A stretch of 64,000 nucleotides of DNA from Octopus vulgaris (Eukaryota): positions 22,382,001 through 22,446,000 of the forward strand of contig OX597836.1 of the NCBI GenBank assembly GCA_951406725.2. Direction: 5' to 3'. The translations under genes and the position numbers were made by a program. The number at the start of each line of letters is the position of its first letter. Position 1 is the first letter of the stretch. The notes beneath the pieces are model-generated. The model saw only the letters and a list, made by a program, of their open reading frames with translations. It did not search any database and was not told the DNA's origin. Shown here one piece after another: positions 52,035-64,000 of the stretch.

Positions 52035-52452
52035 GGATCCAATGGGTAAATTGTCATCATTTTATATTTTTGATTTTGTGCATGTGCAGTTTGTTTTAGA
52101 TCTTGTTGACAGCAGTTGAACACCATCTGTGAGAAAAACAGCACCATGACACAACTCACTCTGCCAGAAATTTGGAAACAACATGATGCATTGCTTGACA
52201 TTCATGCCGGAAGCTCCATTATGAACATTTCAGAGTGTTTGGGTGTTAATCTGAGGATAGCGCAGAGGATTCAGAAAGAGTTGGATGAGTCTAATGGTGA
52301 TTACAAAGGTATGGCAGCTCAGAAATCTCACTCTGATTGTTCTGATAAGAATAGAACTCCTGAATTTGGTGGTGAGATCCAGGCCATGATTGACAACGCT
52401 CCATCCAAATCAATGAGGTCCATCACCAGGGACATGGGTGTGTCTGGGTTTC
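52033..52452 (+). pseudogene. 5' part of a maT/mariner transposon (TIR plus transposase N-terminus)
   Basis: CAG...CAATGGGTAAATTGTC matches the end of the 61134-62020 element. MTQLTLPEIWK..ISECLGVNLRIAQRI..PSKSMRSITRDMGVS gives two HTH-like segments. Confidence 0.85.
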
Positions 52453-52771
52453 ACTCCTAAGGCATTAATCGACCTGGTGTTATACAAAACATTTGCCCAA
52501 AGTGTCGTTTTTGTGACAGAACCCAAAACCATGTGACTGCAAATGGGCTTCTTAACCACACTCTTTGAGAGCACATACATTTATATACACACATATAAGT
52601 ATATATTTTATATATTTTTTCTCTCTCTCATTGGGTTTCTGTTGGTCAATGACTGACATTCTCAGTGTAGTCCTGGATAAGATTTTTTTGAGATAGACAA
52701 GTAGCTGTCCATGCAGAGTACTTTTTCTTATTTGTAAATCGAAAAACATTTCTGTCTCTCTCACTCCATAT

Positions 52772-53095
52772 ATATAATCAAAATAAGCAAGAAGGATATC
52801 CAGAGGTAATGCAGTACGATTGTTTCATGCAACTCCATTTAATTGAACAATGCAAACATTACTTCAATTTAAAATGTAGACCAATCTTCAGCTGCACAAA
52901 AAACATAGAATTTAATTAAATTCAAAGGACTCATTAGTATAATTTTATCCAAAATTTGCATTACCTCTGGATATCCTTGTTACTTATTTTGATTATAATC
53001 ACCTTATTTTAAATTGTATGGATAATACCATACTAAATTCTGGTGCCTTCAACTTAAGTACCATTTTCATCTGAATCTAAATTTTTACTGAACTT
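52772..53095. mobile_element. Repeat with ~40-bp inverted segments in (TA)n (Penelope-like arrangement)
   Basis: TATAATCAAAATAAG..AAGGATATCCAGAGGTAATGCA (52773-52813) is inverted at 52958-52997. The internal part recurs in reverse at about 8880-8985. Confidence 0.55.
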
Positions 53096-53115
53096 ATATA
53101 TATATCTCACAATTG

Positions 53116-53432
53116 AACGCACATGGCTTAGTGGTTAGGGTGCTTGGCTCACAGCCATAAGGTCAAAAATTCTATCCCCAGTGGCATGTTGTGTCCTTGT
53201 GCAAGGCACTTTATTTCACATTGCTCCAGTCCACTCAGCTGGCAAAAATGAGTTTAACCTGTATTTTATAAGAGCCAGTCTTGACATATTCTTGTCACAC
53301 TGAATCTCTCTGAAAGCTACGTTAAATATATGTGTATCTGTTGAGTGCTCAGCAACTTGCACGTTAACTTCATGAGCAGGCTGTTCTGTTGATCAAATCA
53401 ACTGGAACCCATGTCATGGTAATTGACAGAGC
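53116..53432 (+). mobile_element. SINE family F
   Basis: TGGCTTAGTGGTTAG head and GTGTCCTTG.GCAAG.CACTT block. Homologs lie at 62534-62855 and, for the head only, at 47465-47752 on the minus strand. Confidence 0.8.
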
Positions 53433-55364
53433 AAGTTTATATATATCACATACGTTTAGAGTGAGTTAAGCAAAAATCAATTAAAGATAATGTTAGCAAA
53501 TGGGAAAGCATTAAAACAAGCCATAAAACATACAAACACATACAAAATAAAAACACATTAAGAATCATCCAAAATACACATGCACACACACATCCATACA
53601 CACTAAAAAGATTAGTAAAATACATACATATATGCACAGAGATTAAGTAATAACTAAAATACATACACACGCATACTCATTAACAAATAATTAAATATAC
53701 ACACACATTAGGAAATAAATACACACACACAGTAAACAATAACTAAAACACATATGTAAACATACACATGTATCAAGAACTAAAACATACATTTACATCC
53801 ACATACACATACATTAAAATACACACATTAACTCTAATACATACACACACACACTCACATTGGCTTCTAATTTCGGTACAAGGCCAGCGAGTTCAGGGGA
53901 GGGGTAAGTCAATTACACTGACCCCCGTGCGTAACTGGTACTTATTTTATTGACCTTGAAAAGATGAAAGGCAAAGTCAATCTTGGCAAAATTTGAACTC
54001 AGAACATACAGACAGACGAGATGCCGCTAAGCATTCTGCCTGGAGTGCTTGGCAATTCTGCCAGCTCACCACCTTAAATACACACACAGACTCAGATTTC
54101 AAATTTTGGCACAAGGCCAGCAATTTCACAAGAGTGAATGAATCAATTACGTCAACCCAATACTCAACTGGTACTTATCGATTCCGAAAGGATAACAAGC
54201 AAAGTCTGCTTCAATGGAATTTGAACTCGAAATGTAAAGACAGAGGAAATACCGCTAAGCATTTTGCCCAGTACAGTAAATACACACACACACACATGCA
54301 TTAACAAACAATTTCCGCAAATACTTCCACACTGCTACTTAACTATGTGGAACACATAAAAAAAAATTGTAGTTAAGTTCCTCTAATTTCGAAGACGTGT
54401 TTTAAAATTTTTGATCATGAAACAATAAGAAAAATAAAAAAAGAACATTATAAACTACTGATAATGTAGCCAACACCACCACAAAAAACAAAAGCAACAA
54501 CTATGCCGTCATCCTACAGAACTTTAAAAAAATAAAAAAATCAACAAAAAAATAGAAAAAAAAAACGGAAGGGAAAAGCTACCAAAAACTCACAAACACA
54601 CACAACTAAAATAAAAAGCTAAAACAAAAGAAATCACCAAATTTACGTCTAGGAAAATTACACAACAAGCCAGGTTATGTTGTTTTGACATTTAACTATA
54701 TATTTGTGTGTGTGTGTATGTATGTGTGTGTGTGAGTGTGTTGTGGATTAGCCGATTAACATAGTTTGGGTGACAGCTATAGTGGTAGTGCTGGTGGTGA
54801 TGATGCAGGTAGTTCTGCTTGTGGTGATGGCTATGGTGGTAGTAGTGGTGGTTAAGTTGGTGTGCTGCTAAAGGTGATAGTGATGGCAGTCAACCAATGG
54901 TGGCTACGAGGCTTGCATTTTCTGTTGTTCTTTTATTTTGTGTTGCAGGCTCCATCATCATCCTCATAAGTAGGAGATGGAGGAGAAAAAAGAGAAGAAG
55001 GAAGAAAAAAATGAGAAGACGATAACGACGATGATGGTAACAATGACTGGGAGGATAAAGTTATTCCTCAGACCAGGATACTCGCAACAGAATGGAAATG
55101 CACCCAAGGCCCAGAAACTGATGTTGAATCAGGTGACAGATGAAGTATTTCCTCAAAGAAAAGGGATGGTTCCTCTTTTGATTGTCCTTCCCTCTGAAGT
55201 GCTTTCTTCAGTTTTCATTGGTCAATCCAAGGGTGTGGAAAAAAAAGATGCTTGCCCAAGTTGACGTGTAATGAGATTAAACTCAAAAACTATGGAGTTA
55301 CAAAGTAAACCTCTTAACTGAACAGCAATGTCAATACTCATTTGCAATTACCAGCAAAATATCA

Positions 55365-55790
55365 GGTGTGGCTGTGAGGTAAAATGCTTGCAGCCCAACC
55401 ACATGGTTCTGGGTTCAGTCCCACAGCATGGCACCTTGGGCACATGCCCTCTATTACAGTCTCTCAAGCCAACCAAAGTCCTGTGAGATGGATTTGGTAG
55501 ACGAAAACTGAAAGAAGCCTGTCACACACACACACACACACACACATGTATGTATATATTTATGTGTATGTATCTTTGTGTCTGTGTTTGTCCCCCGCTC
55601 ACTGCTTGCCAATCGGTGTTGGTGTGTTTATGTCCCTATAACTTAGCAGTTTGGCAAAGAAAGGATACAATATATTAGGTACTAGGCTATAAAAAATAAG
55701 TCCTGTGGTTGCTTTGTTTCACTAAAACCCTTCAAGGTGGTGCTCCAGCATGGCTGCAGTCATATGACTGAAACAAGTAGAAGAATAAGA
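55365..55790 (+). mobile_element. SINE family B
   Basis: Complete copy. Confidence 0.88.
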
Positions 55791-56907
55791 GAATAAAGCA
55801 CATCAAGGAGATTGTTGTTGTTGTTGTTGCTGTCTAGCCTCCTCCTCTAAATCATCCTTCATTTAACGGGAGATGTGGGAGGCTACATAATAACAATAAC
55901 AAGTGAAGCAGTGCTTGACTGCTCAACCTGCTAGAAATAGCAACAAAATTTCCCTCAAATTACACCATACCATCTTAACCTTTTGACACCTAAAAGACAC
56001 CCAATACACTCTGTAGAGTGGTTGGCATCCAGCCATAGAAACCAAGCCAAAGTAGACAACGAGAGCCTGGTGTAGTTCTCCAGCTTACAAGCTCCAGTCA
56101 AACTGTCTAACACATAAAAGGCACTCATGCCAGTACACGTAAATGGCTGATGACACATAAGAGACACCCAGTACACTCTGTATAGAGGCTGCTATTAGGA
56201 AGGGCACCCAGTTGTAGAAACCAAGCCAAAATAGATGACTGAAGCCTGGTGCAGCTCTGTAGCATACCAATTACAGTCAAATCATTTAACCCATGCCAGC
56301 ATGGAAAACATGTTAAATGATGAGATCAAATGGACATTAAATAATAATGATGATGTGCCGGTGGCACGTAAGAGAACCATCCGAACGTGGCCGTTGCCAG
56401 CACCGCCCCGACTGGCCTCCGTGCCGGTGGCACGTAAAATGCACCATCCGATTGTGGCCGTTGCCAGCCTCATCTGGCCTCCGTGCCGGTGGCACGTAAA
56501 AAGCACCCAGTACACTCACTGAGTGGTTGGTGTTAGGAAGGGCATCCAGCTGTAGAAACACTGCCAGATCAGACTGGGCCTGGCGCAGCCTTCTAGCTTC
56601 CCAGACCCCAGTTGAACCGTCCAACCCATGCTAGCATGGAAAACGGACGTTAAATGATGATGATGATAACAACTAACAGGATCATGATACTGAACAGGTA
56701 ACCTTGGGTAAGCCTGAGGTGTGTTAATGCGTTCAGTAATGAAGAGGTGAAACAGAACACACTGAGTAAAGTGTTCCTGAGTTCTGTGTAAGGAGAAAAA
56801 AGATGGAAGGTCACAACTGAAATGTTGATGATCGGTAATTCTATTCAAATAGAGTTGACCTGGGAAGTGGGGCTGGTTTAAAACAACAACAACAACAGAA
56901 CTAAATA

Positions 56908-57312
56908 TATTTCTTTACTACCCACAAGGGGCTAAACAGAGAGTGGACAAACAAAGGGATTAAGTCGATTACATCGACCCCAGTGCGTAACTGGTACTTA
57001 ATTTATCGACCCCAAAAGGATGAAAGGCAAAGTCGACCTCAGTGGAATTTGAACTCACAACGTAACGCAGACGAAATACCTATTTCTTTATTACCCACAA
57101 GGGGCTAATCACAGAGGGGACAAACAAGGACAGATATAGGTATTAAGTGGATTACATCGACCCCAGTGCGTAACTGGTACTTAATTTATCGACCCCGAAT
57201 GGATGAAAGGCAAAGTCGACCTCGGCGGAATTTGAACTCAGAACGTAACGGCAGACGAAATACCGCTAGTCATTTCGCCCAGCGTGCTAACGATTCTGCC
57301 AGCTCGCCGCCT
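56908..57312 (-). mobile_element. Tandem SINE A dimer (full copy plus 5'-truncated copy)
   Basis: Junction GAAATACC|TATTTC at about 57080. Confidence 0.88.
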
Positions 57313-57744
57313 TTTGACAAGACCCTTCAAGGCAGTGCTCCAGTATGGCCACAGTCTAATAACTGAAACAAGCAAAAGAGAGTCATTGACACACAAACCT
57401 CTTTCCTTTTACACATGACTTTTGATGATTAAATAGACAACATACACACAAACAATGTTGTTGATCTCCAAATAAGTTCTTACCCCAGTATTGTTCCTGG
57501 GAGCTAAATATAGCGTCATATACATAACAAACAGAAGCTCATTGACCTTGAAGCTGTGTAAATTACGCACAACTTAAAATAGGCAACTAGGAAAGAAGTT
57601 TGCATCAAAACAGTAGTAAAAAGGAATACTAAAAGCAAACTACTTTTCATACTATATTCAACGATTAATTGGTTCTCCAATTTTTATCATGCACACTAAA
57701 TATGTGTATAGTATTACCCACAAATTCTGAATTTTCGTTTATAT

Positions 57745-58353
57745 ATGCTGTGCCTGCAGAGGACATGCAAAAGCTTGTAAGAAATGAGGCTAAAATGCTC
57801 TGCTGGGTGTGCAATGTCAGTGTGCATGTAGGATAGAGTTTAAGTGTGTGAAGAGAAAAACTGGGTATAAGAAGCATCAGATGTAGTGTGCAAGAGAGAA
57901 GACTCTGTGTGTTGGCATGGTCGTGTGATGTGTATGGATGAGGAGAGCTGTGTAAAGAAGAGATGATCTCTAATCATGGAGGGAACCTATGGAAGGGTTA
58001 GACCCAGGAAGATGTGGTACGAGGTGGTGAAATATGATCTTTGGTCGTTGAGCTTCACAAAGTCAATAACAAGCGACTGAGGCTTCTGGTGATTTGCTGT
58101 GCTTTGGAAGAGACATCAAAAGCACCCACGCCGGTGGCACATAAAAGGCACCTGTGCTGATGGCGTGTAAGAGACACCCAGGACACTCTGTAAAGAGGAT
58201 GGCATCAGGAAGGGCATCAGGAAGGGCATCCAGTCATAGAAACCAAGCCAGAACAGATGACTGGTGCTTGGTGCAGCTCTCTGGCTTACCAGTTATAGTC
58301 AAATCATCTATCCCATGCCAGCATGGAAAATATACGTTAAATGGTGATGATGA
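57745..58353 (+). mobile_element. Decayed RTE-clade LINE 3' fragment running into the family C tail
   Basis: Remnants RNEAKMLCWVC..REKLGIRSI..VQERRL..GRPRKMW.EVVK.DL followed by AGGAAGGGCATCCAG..(GAT)n. A minus-strand counterpart lies at 59555-59996. Confidence 0.8.
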
Positions 58354-58625
58354 TATATGTGTGTGCATGTCCACATATATATATATATATATGTGGTTTT
58401 ACTTATTACTTATTATACTTATTATATTATATTAAACTTTTTAATACTTTTTTGATAGTTATATAAAAAAAAATTTATAAATATAAATTTTAAATAATTT
58501 AATTTTAAATTTTATATTTTATATATTTTGTATATTATATCAATTATATTTATTTTTATGTTTTGGTTTATGTTTTTCACTGTTTGATTTGCCTAATAGT
58601 GGTTTTATCTCTAATATAATTTATA

Positions 58626-58702
<77 letters not shown>

Positions 58703-59050
58703 ATCTATGTATGACATTTAATGTATATACACTATTGAAGGGCTTGATTCATGAGGAAAATCAAATTCAATTCAGTCACCGCTATAATGTTTGCCTTGCT
58801 TCTGATAAATATTGTGTTTTTATCAAAACATATCTACCAAGAGGATTTCCTCTCAGACAAATAGCAGTCTCTCAGTTAAATATGATGCACAGAGAACAAT
58901 TGTAATTTAATACTGTTCCAACTTCAAACACACACACACACACACACACACACAAATATAAATGCAGGCATGCTTATGTGGTACTTGCTTCTCAGTCACA
59001 TGGTTTGGTGGCCAGTTTCGCTGTGTGACACCTTAGGCAAATATCTTCTA

Positions 59051-59279
59051 TTAACCCTTTCGATACCAACCTGCCTGAAACCGCCTCTGATTCTGTAGTA
59101 CAAATGTCTTGTTTTCAAAAGTTCTGAATTAAAATCTTCCACTAAACCTTAGTCACAATTTATGTTCCTAACACTAGCTTAATGATAACTAAGTTATTTT
59201 ACTAAATTCACTGTTGTATTTAAAATAATTGAAAGAAACACAGAGCACCTCAAAATAAATATGGTAACGAAAGGGTTAA
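59051..59279. mobile_element. Second piggyBac-type MITE family
   Basis: TTAA-CCCTTTCGATACCA...TGGTAACGAAAGGG-TTAA. The interior is unrelated to family D. Confidence 0.9.
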
Positions 59280-59281
59280 AC

Positions 59282-59535
59282 TAGTTGTTCCCAACTATGG
59301 TCTATATGGCACTTGGGGGTCCATGTCAGACTTTGTTGTTAAAATTTATATGTAATAAATTGCTTATGCTTCTAGAATACACTAAATATTTGGATTTTTT
59401 AATACAAATTCTAATAATATTTAATAATAAAGATACAGCAGGATTTTTTAAACACTTAATGATTATGAGGGTTCGCCAGATTTAGATAAGAATTAAAGGG
59501 GTCCAGAGATTTAAAAAAATGGCTGAGAACGGCTG
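59282..59535. mobile_element. Decayed hAT-type MITE
   Basis: Ends TAGTTGTTCCCAAC.. and ..GCTGAGAACGGCTG, with GGGGTCCA subterminal motifs as in 24893-25143. Confidence 0.6.
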
Positions 59536-61133
59536 TACTAAAGCATTCCTTATCATTGTTTAACATCCATTTTCCATGCTAGCATGGGATGGACAGTTTG
59601 ACAGGAGCTGGAGAGCTGGTCAGCTGGAGAGCTGGCCAGACTACAATTGTCTGTTTGACATGGTTTCTATAGCTGGATGCCCTTCTTAATGTCAATCACT
59701 TTACAGAGTGTACTGGGTGCCTTTTATGTGTCACTAGCATGGGTGTATTTACGTAGCACTGATATGTGTGCATTTTATGTGTTACTGACACATGCAAGGC
59801 AAAGACCTCACAGCTAGGAGACGGAGAGGATGCATAGCCATCGAGGACATACCTGTATGTATGGATGGCCACGGTTTTACTTAGCTTGATGTCTTCTCAA
59901 GTACAGTAAAATCACCACAAGTCCTGGTCACTTATCATCTGCTCAGTGAGGCCCAGCATCTGAAGATCCTTTCTCACCACTTCATCCCATGTCTTCAGCC
60001 TTATGAGTGGATTTGGCAGACAGGAACTAAAAGAAGTTTGTCATGTGTGTGTATGTATTTGCATTTCCTTATATTAAGCACTGATTGTCTTGTGATGACA
60101 AGATAATCACTGTTTGTATAATATTAGCATCATTCATATATAAGTAGTGTTGTTTGATGCTAATCTTTTGCAAAAACATGTCCAGCTAAGGAGAAATATT
60201 ACTTTGATTAGAAACAGGTGAAAATTGGCAACAGGAAGGGCATCTGGCCATAGAAAAAGTTCCCTTAACAAACTCCATCTGATTCATGGAAGCATGGAAA
60301 AGCGAACATTAAAACGATGATGAAACAATGAAGAGACACATGAAAATCTCCGGCACTTTCCCCAGACACCTGGCAAAGGAAGGCCCTATGGCATGGTGAA
60401 TGGTACCGACTGCTGAAGCTCATAATTCCAGCCACTGAGGAGAAACAAGAGAGACAATGAAAGAGCACTAGAGAGGCATCATTTCTCTGTTGCATCAAGT
60501 AGATTCATCTGCAGCAGATATCATCATCACTGCAGATCAAGAGCAGGTTTTGTAGACTACATGTGAACCTAACAGAGATGATTACTGAACAGTCAACATC
60601 AACCTGTGACAGACAGTGGAAGAAGAATACACACACACACATTTATATATATCAAATTAAATGCACAACTGAAAGAGCTACTAATAGTTTCATACTATTA
60701 TGATACCTGAACAGGCATATCTATAAAATATGGCATGCATCTTCAAGCAATCTTTCAGGCTCTGTTTATGTTTTATATATATATATTTATATATATTGCA
60801 GACAAGACTGTACTTGAGCCGGTGCAACCCACTACAGGTGAATGAATACACAAACATAATATCAGTTTCAAAATTTGGCAGAAGACCAGCAGTTTTGGGG
60901 GAGGGTAAGTTGATGAAATCAACCTCAAAGTGTGCGTGTGTGTACACACACACACAAAATAGGGCTTTCATGTATCTACCAGATTTACTCGAAAAGCTTT
61001 GAACAGCCCAAGACTATAATAGAAGATTCTTGCCTAAGATGCCATGCAATGGAACTGAACCCAAAACCATATTGTTACATGGCAAGCTTCTTAAGCCCAC
61101 ACACATGCCTTTACCACTGTGTATATATATATA

Positions 61134-62020
61134 TAGGGTGAGGTGAATAAACTTTCATCTAAATTATGCAAAAATGAAAATAACACTGATATCTCATTTT
61201 AACAGATATATTTAGCAAAATTACATTAAAATATCTTGAAATACTAAAGAGTAAATTTATTCAATAAAATCGCCATTGGCTTCAACCATGGTCCCCAGAC
61301 AGCTTTGGAATCTCCTGCAACTCTTCTGGACAGTCCCTTTATTTAAATTGGTGAATGCTACCATAATTCTTGCCTTCAGTTCATCTTTGGTGTCACAAGG
61401 AGTTTTGTTGATTTCTTGCTCAACTGCACCCCACACATAATAATCAAGGGGGTTGCAGTCTGGAGAGTTAGGTGGCCAAATGTTGGGGGTGATGTGGTTG
61501 CAGAAAATGTCTGACAGCCATGACTGGGTCCTCCTGCTTGTGTGGCATGGTGCAGAGTCCTGTTGCGAGACATAGGGTCTTCCAGCAGCAGCTCTCTTCA
61601 CCCAGCGCAGCACTACCTCCTCCAGGCACTTGATGTGGGCCTGCATGTTGAGTCTGAGGCCATGTGGGAAGATGAATGCAGGCATAGTGTTGCCAACACT
61701 AGTAATCACTCCAAACACCATGATGTTGACAGGATGTTTGATTTTTATCACTCTTTGCACATGTCTTCAGACTGCTTTGTCCTCAGATTGACAGTCAAAC
61801 ACTCTGAAGTGTTCACATTGAAGCTTCTGGTGCAAATGCCAAGCAGTACAGCATGTCATTTCCAAATTTCTGGCAGTGAATTGCATCATGGTGCTGTTTT
61901 TCTTAAAGACGGTGCCCAACTGACCCTACTATAGTGTGTAGTCGACAAAATCAAAAACAAACAATGTACATGAGCGAAATTGAAAATATAACATGGCGAC
62001 AATTTACCCATTGTACTCTG
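61134..62020 (-). mobile_element. Internally deleted DD37D (maT-family) Tc1/mariner transposon
   Basis: 61257-61760 reads QQD-SAPCH..WPPNSPDCNPL-D with exactly 37 residues between the two aspartates. The TIRs are imperfect. An N-terminal remnant is joined directly to the catalytic region and the first D is missing. Confidence 0.9.
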
Positions 62021-62035
62021 GATGGATGGATGATG

Positions 62036-62077
<42 letters not shown>

Positions 62078-62152
62078 GCTACAAAGATAGAATTAGAAAA
62101 AGCTATAAGAGATATAAATGTGTGACCTATACCAGTACTAATCACTCACTAA

Positions 62153-63998
62153 CAACAGCATTGTGAAAATATCGAACATACCACTGTAGAAAAGCACTTC
62201 CGTTATATTTCCAAAACTTCCCGCCACAAACAGGCAGTTTATCAATAAAAGAAAATCAAGCAAAAAACGTAACAAAAGATATCAATAATCAAAAATCAAA
62301 CCTAAAGCTTCTAAACTATTGTTTTATGCCATTTAGCCGTGACGCATTACTGTTTTGGTTACCTTTTGGTTATTTTGTGAATTAACAATTAGAAACACAA
62401 ATGAAACATAACTAGACTATGGCCACCAGTAAAAAATATGTTGCACAGCTTAGTGGTTAAATCCTTTTGTTTTGGTAGAATTTCCCTTGAAAAATTATTG
62501 CTCATTTTATTTATTTATATATTTATAATGTAAAAAGCGCATGGCTTGGTGGTTAAGGTATTCGGCTTATGGTTGTAAGGTCCTGCGTTCAATTCTTGGT
62601 GGTATATCATGTCCTTGAGCAAGACACTTCATTTCACATTGTTCCAGTCCATCCGGCTGGCAAAATCAGTTGCACCTGTAATCCAAAGAGCCAACCTTGT
62701 CACATTTTGTGTCATGCTGAATCTCTCTGAGAACTATGTTAAACATACATGTCTGTGGAATACACAGCCACTTGCACATTAATTTCATGAGCAGGCTGTT
62801 CTGTTGATTGGATCAACTGGAACACCCACCGTCAATCCCAATGAAGTCCCAGTGTATTTACATACTGTTCCTTCCACTTAGACATAGGGTCTCTTCTCCT
62901 TTCTGTTCTTTTTCTGTCTTGCAGTATTGTTAAGCTGTTGGCTGGACTGCTACCTTATTTGCTCTGAGTTCAAATCCTCCTGAGGTCATCTTTACATTTT
63001 ATCCTCTCAGGGCCAATAAGAAAAAAAACTTAGTGACCTCACTAGTGCTGGTATCACAAAAAACAAAAGCTCCCAGTACACTCTGTACAGTGGTTGGTGA
63101 GCTGGCAGAAACGTTAGCACGCCAGGCGAAATGCTTTGCGGTATTTCGTCTGCCACTACTTTCTGAGTTCAAATTCCGCCAAGGTTGACTTTGCCTTTCA
63201 TCTGTTCGGGGTCGATTAAATAAGTACCAGTTACACACTGGGGTCGATATAATTGACTTAATCCGTTTGTCTGTCCTTGTTTGTCCCTTCTGTGTTTAGC
63301 CCCTTGAGGATAGTAAAGAAATAGGTTGGTGTTAGGAAGGGCATCCAGCTGTAGAAACCAAGCCAAAATTGACATTGGAGCTTGACACAGCGCTGTGGCT
63401 CACTGGATCCTGTCAAACTACTCAGCCCATGCCAGTATGGAACAAGGACATTAAAAGATTTTAATAATAATAATGAGCATCATCATCATTGCATTCAATC
63501 ATTTGTATTGAGAAAGTATGATTTCCATATCAAGAAAAAAAAAAAGTTGATGCATTTTTTTTTTAAACATCAGTTTTTGTTTTCTAGGTTCCATGTTTCT
63601 ACCATTGAATTCCCTGAACAAAAAAATGTAAATGAATATATAAATACATAAAACTATAACAAAACAACAGGATTTAACCACTAAGCTGTGCAACATGTTT
63701 GTTACTGGTGGTCATAGCCTAGTTATGTTTCATTTGTGTTTCTAATTGTTAATTCACAAAATAACCAAAAGGTAACCAAAAAAGTAATGTGTCACGGCTA
63801 AATGGCAAAAAACAATAGTTTGGAAGTTTTAGGTTTGATTTTTGATTATTGATATCTTTTGTTGTTTTTTTATATTTTTTGCTTGATTTTCTTTTATTGC
63901 TAAACTGCTTGTTTGTGGCGGGAAGTTTTGGAAATATAACGGAAGTGCTTTTCTACAGTGGTATGTTCGATATTTTCACAATGCTTCACATTGCTGTT
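62153..63998. repeat. Long inverted repeat (~320-bp arms) enclosing nested SINEs
   Basis: 62153-62473 is the reverse complement of 63661-63998. The interior holds SINE F, family C and a SINE A (63098-63323, TSD GGTTGGTG). Confidence 0.93.
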
Positions 63999-64000
63999 AT

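Noticed and set aside
56353-56510. CRISPR-like repeat-spacer pattern of GTGCCGGTGGCACGTAA
   Set aside because: The spacers are homologous to one another, the unit belongs to a dispersed retroelement tail, the DNA is eukaryotic and no cas genes are present.
60330-60600. Possible exon or RTE C-terminal remnant (CRSRAGF)
   Set aside because: Too degenerate to classify, with stops and no clear splice sites.

Overview
AT-rich, microsatellite-dense eukaryotic non-coding DNA (intergenic or a very large intron). The repeat families look like those of Octopus; this is recognition from memory, not a database match. I can support no intact host gene, rRNA, tRNA gene or CRISPR array. Most entries in the ORF track are translations of (TA)n, (CA)n, (AAT)n and (CAA)n repeats or of SINEs. 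The window is dominated by mobile DNA: four tRNA-headed SINE families (labelled A/A', B, E, F here), 3' fragments of R4/Dong-, CR1- and RTE-type LINEs, decayed DD37D (maT) and Tc1 transposons, TTAA-flanked piggyBac-type MITEs, hAT MITEs, Helitron/Helentron-type elements and Penelope-like fragments. The most notable observations are: (1) several minimal hammerhead-ribozyme-like motifs, plus a 56-bp fold-back that turns on an apparent hammerhead stem II; (2) two long inverted repeats and several short plus-strand hairpins, which are candidate dsRNA/ADAR substrates; (3) a 126-codon ORF with signal-peptide-like and transmembrane-like segments that appears only after a SINE and one TSD copy are removed; (4) a diverged duplicated element with a perfect 20-nt core; (5) SINE-LINE tail sharing and tail swapping; (6) a probable templated insertion. 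Boundaries are approximate unless a TSD or TIR is quoted.
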